Positions 24,153-32,369 of a DNA stretch of 32,369 nt are shown piece by piece. Both the position numbers and the translations under genes were made by a program. Origin of the DNA: Octopus bimaculoides (taxonomy: Eukaryota); NCBI RefSeq assembly GCF_001194135.2, contig NC_068985.1, positions 102,683,429-102,715,797 on the forward strand, read 5' to 3'. Below the pieces are notes generated by a model. It saw nothing but the letters and a program-made list of their open reading frames with translations, made no database searches and was not told the origin of the DNA. The number at the start of each line of letters is the position of its first letter. The first letter of the stretch is position 1.

Positions 24153-24562
24153 TTAACCCTCTAGTATTTAAACTGCCCATATTCAACCAAAATATTCTAC
24201 CTGTTCAAACCAGTCAGATCTGACTTCTTGCACTTATCCTACAATGTCTTTCTAAAAATAAACAAGCACATCATCAAAATCTTGAATTTATGAGATAAGC
24301 CATGATTGACCCTTTAGCAGTTAAACAGGCCATATCTAGCCCAAAAATGCTACTTATTTTATATTCTGACCAGCCTATCAAACCTACCCTACAATGCCAT
24401 TCTAGAAATATACAATCACATCATCAAAATTTCAAAGCTATGAAATAATGCATGATTAATTAAAAACAAGTGAATAAAAAAGCATTACATTTGAAAGAAT
24501 AATTCACAACAATATGAATAAATATTACATTTGACAGAGTAATCTGAATGTTAAAGGTTTAA
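24153..24562. mobile_element. piggyBac-type MITE with a duplicated left end
   Basis: TTAA|CCCTCTAGTATT (24153), TTGA|CCCTTTAGCAGT (24306) and right end CTGAATGTTAAAGGT|TTAA (24544-24562). A TTAA target and CCCT...AGGG termini are piggyBac hallmarks. Confidence 0.75.
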
Positions 24563-24974
24563 GGTATGGACAGTAATCTTAAGTACCACATACATACAAT
24601 AAACCACACATAAATTTATTTAAGGGTGTATTGAATTATGTTATTATTATTGTACAACAAATTATGTAAAATCTATTCTCCTTATATTCTTTTTGTTTGT
24701 TTGCCGTTCTAAGCTAAGTTTTTATTTTTATTCAAATGTGACTTTGTCAATGTTTCTAATTTCTTCCTTCTCATTCAATATCTTGATTGTCAAGGCCACA
24801 TGTATATTATTTCAGCCAACTTCCCTTCTTATTGCATAAAGTTTATATGATAAATTTGCCAATTAAAATGTACATGTGTATTAATATGATATTAATAATT
24901 AATGATAATATTCATAATTATTATAATGATAGTTAAATATTACAGCTTCTTCTTGAAACCCCATTTAGCTGTGT

Positions 24975-27900
24975 GGGGACTAAGATTTGTTTGAGTAGGG
25001 TCTGTGCACAGAGTCCATTTTTGCTCACCCATTATGCCCTCCCTTACCTCCCCACCACCACCACAATTTTTATTTATTCTTACATAACTGTTTCACCTGG
25101 CAACTCATGTACTCTTGTGCTATGTGGCAGAGATACATATTTTTCTTACTTTCCTCTTTGTCTCATATACCTCCATGCAGGCATCCAGATGAGTGCTGTA
25201 TACAGTTAAAGGTACTGCATATATAAATAATACTTGAGCTGTCCTGTGTAACTACCCTATCCTCTTGCTGGTCAACCTGCATGCCCTATTCTCATACTAT
25301 CTTCATCTCTTGTTGGCTCTTAATCTGGACATTGTATGGGATAGAGGAAATTGTAATTCATTGTGATTCACTGAATAAACAATGTAGCAAAGCTCTATGC
25401 TAGCTGGCAAGCATTTGTACAGATCTTCTTTTCAGTCAATGACAAAAGTTCCACAACTGCCTTCCTTCTGTAACTCCCAGGTACACAATTTCAGGGCTGC
25501 TACCATTAACATTGGTACAATGAAAGGAAAAAGTTGGGAGATTATTGAAATGCTTTTGCAATGCCAAGTTGATGTGTGAGGTGTGCAAGAAGTAAGATGG
25601 AGGGAGGGGCCTCTGTTAGATTCTTCATGAGTAAGACAGAGATATTCAAATTCTTCTGGATAGGCAGGCGTGATGGAGTAGGTGATGTAGGCATACTGCT
25701 AGCAGAAAAGTGGATAGATAAGGTAACTGAGGTAGTCAGAGTATGTGATAGGGTAATTAAGCTGAAACTTATAGATAAAGTAACAGTTACATTTATCTCT
25801 GCTTATGCTCCTCAGTCTGGGCTTGCTGATGAGCAGAAGGACCAATTCTACAAGGTCCTTTTGCTGACTACTTCAACAACAAATGACAGAGACTTTGTAA
25901 TTATGGCTGGTGACTTCAATGGGCATATTGGACAGCATTCCCATGGAGTGCATGGTGGCAATGGCTTTGGCCCTAGAAATAAAGAAAGAACAGGACTGCC
26001 AGAGTTCTGTAATGCAAATGATCTCATGATCTGCAACACCAACTTCAGGAAACCAGCCAGCCATCTAATCATTTATCAGTCTGGTGGGTGCACATAAGCC
26101 ATATTGACTACCTCCTCACCAGGCAACAAGATCGACAGATGCTTGCAAATACAAAGTCTTTCCCAGGTGAAGAGTGTACAACCCTACATAGGTTACTAGT
26201 TAGTGACTTCAGAATTAGAGCTAGAAAGACTTGGAGAAATAAACCAACCTGAGAAAGAAGACTATGGAAGTTCAAAGACCCAGCAAACAGAAATTCAGAG
26301 ATTTCCTAATGGAAGCTTCTGACAAAAGAGCAGGAGTGGGGGACATATAGCTTAGAGGACAATTGGAAGTTCTTGTGTGACAGTTGACTAAGGCTACAGA
26401 TCAAATCTGTAGTTGGTGCAATGTTCCAGCTAGCTGAAGTGTGATATGGTTGTGAAACAAGGAGTTGGACAGCACCATAAAAGCAAAGGCTAGAAAAATG
26501 GTAGAAGCAGAGCATTATATCAAGGAGTCAGAAGGGCAGCTAAGTATCGGGTTTACATAGCAAAAGGAATAGCTAAGAGATTTGTAATGTTCTACAGTGT
26601 GAGGATCAGAGGTGTGAGGTGTCCAGGATTGTAAAGCAATGTATCAGAGAGAATAGAGATGTGGTGGGTGAGAAATGTGTGCAAATGGATAATGGAATGC
26701 ATGCACTCAGTGACTCAGAGAAGAAAGATGCATAGAAGTGACACTATGAAAGGTTACTAAATGTGGAAAATGAATGGGAGAAGAAAAGTCTTTCAAACAT
26801 TGAACCAATTGAGGGACCAGCCATCAGAGTTGATAACAGCATAATAGACGAGGCAATCAAGGATATGAAGACAGGAAAAGCTCCCGGACCATCAGGAATG
26901 ACTGCTGAGATGATTAAAATATCCAGCAGTATAGGATACAGCCTAGTTACCTGTATAGTTAATCAGGTTATTCAGAAAAGCACCATCCCCAATGAGTTGT
27001 GTAGTAGTATTATAGTTAGCTACTACAAATGTAAAAGTTATGCCTTAGATAGAAACAACTACAGAAGTATCAAACTACTACACGAAGTCATGAAAGTTAC
27101 TGAGAGGGTTATAGCTCAATTGATTAGGAATAGAATGAAACTAGATGAGATGCAGTTTGGTTTTGTACCTGGGAAGAGTACCACAGATGCCATCTTCCTA
27201 GTGAGGCAGCTGCAGAAGTATTTAGCCAAAAGTAAGCCATTGTACTTAGCTTTCATCAACCTGGAGAAAGCTTTTAACAGAGTCCCCTGCTTTGTTATCT
27301 GGTGGTCTCTTAGAAAGTTAAGAGTAGAGGAGTGGTGTGTTAGAGCCATACAAACCATGTACAGTAATGCTGTCGGTAAGGTGAGAGTCAGCTATGAATA
27401 CAGTGATGAATTTAGTGTACAAGAAAGGGTTCACCAAGGATCAGTTCTCAGCCCATTCTTATTCATTATAGTTCTCCATAACAGAAAAATTCAAAACTGG
27501 ATGCCCATGGAAACTACTTTATGTTGATTGCCTCATTCTTATCGCAAAATTTAGCAGTATTGGAGAAGAAATACCAGGTATGGAAGCAAAACCTGGAATC
27601 AAAAGGCCTTAAAGTTAACCTAGTTATGACCAAAGTTGTTGCTCATAAGAAAGCAGATAAGACTTTATTTCTGTGAAGTAAATGGCCCTGCTCAGTATGT
27701 AGGAATGGAGTTGGAAATAATGCCATTCACTGCTCCTAGTGTAAGCTATGGACACATAAGAGGTGCAATGGAATCACAGGTAGATTAACAGATAAAGTCA
27801 TCTTCATATGTGGCAGATGTGCAGGTACAATAAGCACTAAGAAGACACGGGACTTAGATTTTATCAAATGCCCAGGAGGCTCTCTTGATGGCTGTAGATA

Positions 27901-28127
27901 ATTTCTGTTACCTACATGACCAAATTAGCAATAGTGGAGGATGCTCTGAAAGTATTGTTTCTAGAATAACAATAGGATGGAGGAAGTTCAGAGAGCTATT
28001 ACTTCTGTTGGTAACAAAAGGACTCTCTCTCAGAGTGAAAGATAGACTGTATGATGCTTGTGTGAAAATGCCTATACTCCATAGTAGTGAGACATGGGCT
28101 CTGAATGCAGAAGATGTATAGACTAGA
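24975..28127 (+). mobile_element. RTE-clade LINE, near full length at the 5' end, 3'-truncated, inactive
   Basis: Endonuclease motifs NIGTMKGK, ISAYAPQ, MAGDFNGHIG and HIDY (25480-26200). RT motifs KAPGPSG, NYRSIKLL, QFGFVPGKSTTDAIF, NLEKAF and HQGSVLSP (26763-27470). YADD is decayed to YVDC (27520-27531). Thumb region runs to 28125. Many stops and frameshifts. The left boundary is approximate. Confidence 0.93.
27689..27820 (+). other. C4HC3 (PHD-type) zinc-finger insertion inside the RTE ORF2
   Basis: Manual translation from 27680: KWP-C-SV-C-RNGVGNNAIH-C-S*-C-KLWT-H-KR-C-NGITGRLTDKVIFI-C-GR-C, with an in-frame TAG at 27737. Confidence 0.8.
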
Positions 28128-28638
28128 GTGATTGGTGAACATATTTACCTTCCTGCACTCCTGGTGAACTTCAAGCCACTGGCTACCAGCAACCTTCAAT
28201 ACTGCACTTCAGTACAGCCTGCTCTATAACCAAGGGCAGGATTCCAAACCACCAATGCCTGGGAAGACCATAGCCTAACCTTCCAGCCTTATGCATCTCC
28301 TTTAACCTCCTACTTTCGTCTCCATATACATGTGTGTGCATACACACACAAGTGCATGCGTACATTTGCATGTATGCTTTTCCTCTGTTTCTTTCCCCCA
28401 CTAACAATATGAAACCTCAATCCAACACCAAATGCCCCCATCCTTCAGCAATGCTGTTACAACCACGCAAGCATACATCAGCCATGTTTATGCATACACA
28501 AATATCAAAAGCATGGATATATATGTACACACACACAAGGTAAAAATACACACAAGCATATATGTTCTTCCAAACAGACATGCACACATTCATATGTATA
28601 CATATAAATTCAGGAAGGTACATATGTTCACCAATCAC
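28128..28638. repeat. 28-bp inverted repeat pair (27/28 identical) enclosing 455 bp
   Basis: GTGATTGGTGAACATATTTACCTTCCTG (28128-28155) vs CAGGAAGGTACATATGTTCACCAATCAC (28611-28638). Confidence 0.9.
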
Positions 28639-28930
28639 CCATATGTACACACACCAATACACACATCTTAACCACATATGCATGTATACGCATATACAGC
28701 AGGCACTAATGCACATGTATTCACATGCGCACATACACACACATGCAGCTGATATACATTGCTGACACACACACCAACATATTTACACAGGTGAGCACTC
28801 ACACATGGCTGATATGCATCCGTGCCCATATGTACACACACCCTAACAAACATGCTTATATACACCAAGTTAATGCCATCAACTCTCAGCCGCACAACAG
28901 CTTACAAACATGTGCATTTCCCACACACAT
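28330..28930. repeat. Degenerate CA/TA-rich low-complexity tract
   Basis: CATACA/CACATA-like repeats; explains the His/Thr/Met and Cys/Val ORFs. Confidence 0.8.
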
Positions 28931-28979
28931 AGCAGATACACATGCATAGAGATCAGAACTCCACATCTACACACTTTTA

Positions 28980-29363
28980 CAGCTGGTATATGTCTTATTG
29001 AAGATGAAATATCAAAACTAGCAACCGGCAATGTAAAAGAAAAAATGCGCGAACTATGGATCAAAGATATCTCCAGAGAAGAGAACAAATCACAAAAATT
29101 ATGGCAGCAGAAACAACTATTCCTGGATAAATATTCTACCAACTACGGTAAAGAATTTAGAACCCAGAGAAATAACAGTAAAAAGAAACAATTTCACCAA
29201 GGTAACAAAAGCCAGAGCATGAGGCAACATAAACGCCCATTCCACCAGGAATCAAAGAGGAACTACGGTAAGAACTCTTCCCCTTTTGTACGCAAACACC
29301 CTAATGTACACATTATAAACAAAAAACATGAACAAAATAAGTATTTCTCTGATCAGACCATTA
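28980..29363 (+). pseudogene. Unidentified charged, helical ORF fragment, possibly retroelement ORF1-like
   Basis: Stop-free, complex, K/E/Q-rich segment (IEDEISKLATGNVKEKMRELWIKDISREENKSQKLWQQKQLFLDKY) running into the gap at 29364. Family not recognised with confidence. Confidence 0.35.
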
Positions 29364-30168
29364 NNNNNNNNNNNNNNNNNNNNNNNNNNNNNNNNNNNNN
29401 NNNNNNNNNNNNNNNNNNNNNNNNNNNNNNNNNNNNNNNNNNNNNNNNNNNNNNNNNNNNNNNNNNNNNNNNNNNNNNNNNNNNNNNNNNNNNNNNNNNN
29501 NNNNNNNNNATATTCCATATTCTATATCCCACATTGGTTTTGCAGGAATATAAATAAAACATAAAAAACAGACAGTGTTGGAACTCTTTTAAACAAAATA
29601 ATATATTCCTCTATACACAATCATACAAAACCCCTTTTTTTGTATTTATTTTTACTCGCATATATACATATATATATATATATATACATACATATATCTA
29701 TACATATATATATACATACATATATACATACATATACATATACATATATATATACATATTTTATTATATGTATTTATTTTCTCTAAGTTAATAATTAACT
29801 CAGACAAAATAAATTGGTTAATAGATACCAGGGTAGCAAAGATCGCAAAATCACTGTAGTGTAACTCCTGTTTATGAGGTTGAAACTCCTTGTTATTTTG
29901 GGTACTTGAGTAAATATATAGATTTAGTAAATGGAGTAAAACGTATATGTTAAATGGATTCTTATATTTCCAACATATGTTTCGAAGATTACAAATTATA
30001 CCTTCCATAGGAATAGGTGATGTTGATAAGAATGTAATCTTCTCTTCAAGGAAATGCATGGGAACCAGCTTAACCGTAAGACATTTTAACCGAATATGAT
30101 AACTTTAGTTAGAGAAGATTGTTACCTAATTTATTTGAAAAAGCCGTTGGAGGCTGGAACATTACTAG

Positions 30169-30891
30169 ACAGTACGTTGGACAAGAAGGGAAGAAAAGTT
30201 CCGAAATGCTGTTAATAAGAATTTTCCAAAACATTCTCACTATTTCCTAGTCATAAACACGCACAGAGTAAGATTCGGATTCTCAAACACTAAAAACATC
30301 ACGCAAATAATATCCGCATACAATATGAGACTATTAAATTTACAAGAGAGTAGCAATAACATTAATTCAGGCAATACAAACCATTACCATAATAACAATA
30401 ATAATACTAATAATAAATCAAGGAACAATAATTATAATATGAAATATAATAATAATTACAACATCACTATTTCAGAAGTTAATAGCAAAAGAATTAGCTT
30501 TTTAAGTGATGATGCCAAACTCAAAAACACTATATATCAATGCAAGGTCAGCACTCCTACAACTGTGTCCTTTTACATTGGCTCATCTTCTTCGCCAATA
30601 TCCACCCGAATTTCCAACCATTATTCGTCCTTTAGAGATAGAAACAAACGAAATACCATGAGTCTTAGTAAATTAATTTGGAAACTTAAAGACAATAACA
30701 TAAAATTTAAATTAGACTGGCTAATTCTTTCAAAATCTACACCATATGACAAAGTTAAAAATTTTTGCCCATTATGCAACACGGAGCTGTTCTTTATTTT
30801 ATTCTCAAAGAATAAACTGGTGAACACATTCATCGAAAACTCATACAAATGTAAACATTGGCAGCAACACGTGTTTGCTGCCTTCAGATAA
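30169..30891 (+). CDS. Penelope-like element C-terminal region: RT-thumb/linker plus GIY-YIG endonuclease
   Basis: Stop-free for 240 codons. NKNFPKHSHYFLVINTHRVRFGFSNTKNITQIISAYN matches the Penelope linker pattern (KHFP..H...IFN...VK.SYS...N...II..HN). TIY (30529-30537), YIG (30574-30582), TRISNH, LSKLIWKLK, CPLCNTE, LVN and CKH match the Penelope GIY-YIG domain. No intact RT upstream. Confidence 0.88.
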   Translation, partial: TVRWTRREEKFRNAVNKNFPKHSHYFLVINTHRVRFGFSNTKNITQIISAYNMRLLNLQESSNNINSGNTNHYHNNNNNTNNKSRNNNYNMKYNNNYNITISEVNSKRISFLSDDAKLKNTIYQCKVSTPTTVSFYIGSSSSPISTRISNHYSSFRDRNKRNTMSLSKLIWKLKDNNIKFKLDWLILSKSTPYDKVKNFCPLCNTELFFILFSKNKLVNTFIENSYKCKHWQQHVFAAFR

Positions 30892-31734
30892 AAGATACTT
30901 ATTTATATAACGCTAACAACTCAACTTGTAACATATTAGTCCCTCAAATAATTCAAGAGACACATGTCAATTATACCTTTATATGTAAAAAGATATGGTA
31001 GACTGATCTCGCTTAATATATGTTATCTAAACACTCTTAATTTGGAAACCCAAATTAGAACACCAATAACATCTATAAACATATACTAGAACATTACTTT
31101 TAGTTCAATTTAACATAGACATTACCTCCTAAAATGTCCAATATGCTGTGCTCAATTAACCTTATTCACTTGATTTCATACTTCTTTGTACATCCATATC
31201 ATTCATTTACTGCTTTCACTTTTTTTCAGCAAAAATAAGAGTTATTTATGTTTCAAGTTACATTAGTGGCAGCATTCTAAGTCTACGAATTCCATTTATC
31301 ATCTTAAACTTTCTTAGAAACATCTAAAATTCTGAAAACAACCCTAGTTCACTTTTTTACATTCATCGTAAGATGAATTCAAAATATTTAAATATTCTCC
31401 TCTCTCTGCTCTATGACGTATAAATTACTGAACAATATAACATTCTATCTCGCCTCTTGGAAAGCCTTTGCACTAACAGAAATAGAACTTAATCACCGAA
31501 GTAAACTTTGGTAATAATATTAACTTAGTCTTTACAAGTAATCTTTACCCCTTCAACACCTTCTTCTTGCACCTTTTATTTACATCTAACTTAACAACAT
31601 AATAAATTTCTGTAGATTAATAGACCACCCTTTACCTTTATTAATTATCTATTATTTAATATCTTACTAATTAATATAAAAATCACTTTCCTATACATAT
31701 AGCACTGCTTTAATATCAATAACCAGACAACTAC

Positions 31735-31956
31735 CATGTGTATATACGTACTAAGGGGTGTATACAAATGCCTGTATGCGTCCATGTGTATACAAATATG
31801 TGTGTGTGTGTGTGTGTGTATATATGTGTATGTATGTTTGTGTATATATATGCATATGTGTGTGCACATTCATGTATATGTATGAAATTATGTATATGTA
31901 GGTGTGTGTATATATATGTATGTGTATATATATGTATATGTGTGTATATAGATAGA

Positions 31957-32001
<45 letters not shown>

Positions 32002-32003
32002 AC
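31735..32003. repeat. Compound TA/TG microsatellite (similar tract at 29655-29760)
   Basis: Read directly. Confidence 0.95.
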
Positions 32004-32369
32004 TGTGGTGTGTGCGTACGAGTAGATGTAATCGACTTACCTCGGTTTTCCTTTCCTCGACTGCGAGTCTGTCTTGCGGTATCCAATCCTTGAAGCTTGC
32101 CCTGACTCAAAGTACACCAGGAATAGCAGCTGCTTCTCCCAAACCTAGACCGTCGCTTAACACGTCTTGTCCTGACCACAACCCCGTTTGAAAAGGGCAC
32201 GAATGCCGATCGAGGCTCCCTCTTCCCTTTTTCCCCTTCCGGTCGACTCGCCCTTCCGGTCAGCCTCCCCAGACACTGACGTCATACCACACGCCACCCT
32301 GATCTTAAAGATCACGTTCACCCCTACTCCAATTCGAAGTCCGCCATCCAACCGGGCAGGCGCCCTACA
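32004..32369 (-). mobile_element. Probable LTR (366 bp, TGT...ACA), outer boundary at 32004
   Basis: An abrupt switch from microsatellite to GC-rich DNA begins at TGTGG (32004), and the window ends in CTACA, giving short inverted termini TGT(G/A)G. No primer-binding site or polypurine tract to the left. The right flank is not visible and the orientation is inferred. Confidence 0.65.

Noticed and set aside
29652-30059. 135-aa minus-strand ORF
   Set aside because: It ends in a microsatellite, is AT-rich, has no recognisable motif, and is antisense to the decayed Penelope-like region.

Overview
This is an AT-rich, gap-containing eukaryotic scaffold segment made almost entirely of microsatellites and decayed transposable elements. 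The repeat families and microsatellite density suggest a coleoid cephalopod, probably Octopus; this is inferred from recalled repeat sequences, not from a search. I can support no intact host protein-coding gene, tRNA, rRNA or CRISPR array. Most long ORFs in the supplied track are artefacts of microsatellites or N-gaps. Supported content: (1) several families of tRNA-derived SINEs, including a 233-234 bp-period tandem trimer; (2) a ~290 bp foldback/Mutator-type MITE with a clean 9-bp target-site duplication (TSD); (3) a piggyBac-type MITE; (4) a ~3 kb dead RTE-clade LINE with endonuclease, RT and a PHD-type finger; (5) a Gypsy pol remnant lacking RT, RNase H and the integrase core; (6) a TG...CA LTR at the right edge; (7) a Penelope-like GIY-YIG endonuclease frame that keeps its catalytic residues; (8) a minus-strand, partially tandem element at 18.6-19.4 kb resembling a Penelope pseudo-LTR, with a spliceosomal intron and both hammerhead-ribozyme core boxes. 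Items 7 and 8 are the best candidates for something new, but neither is proven from sequence alone.
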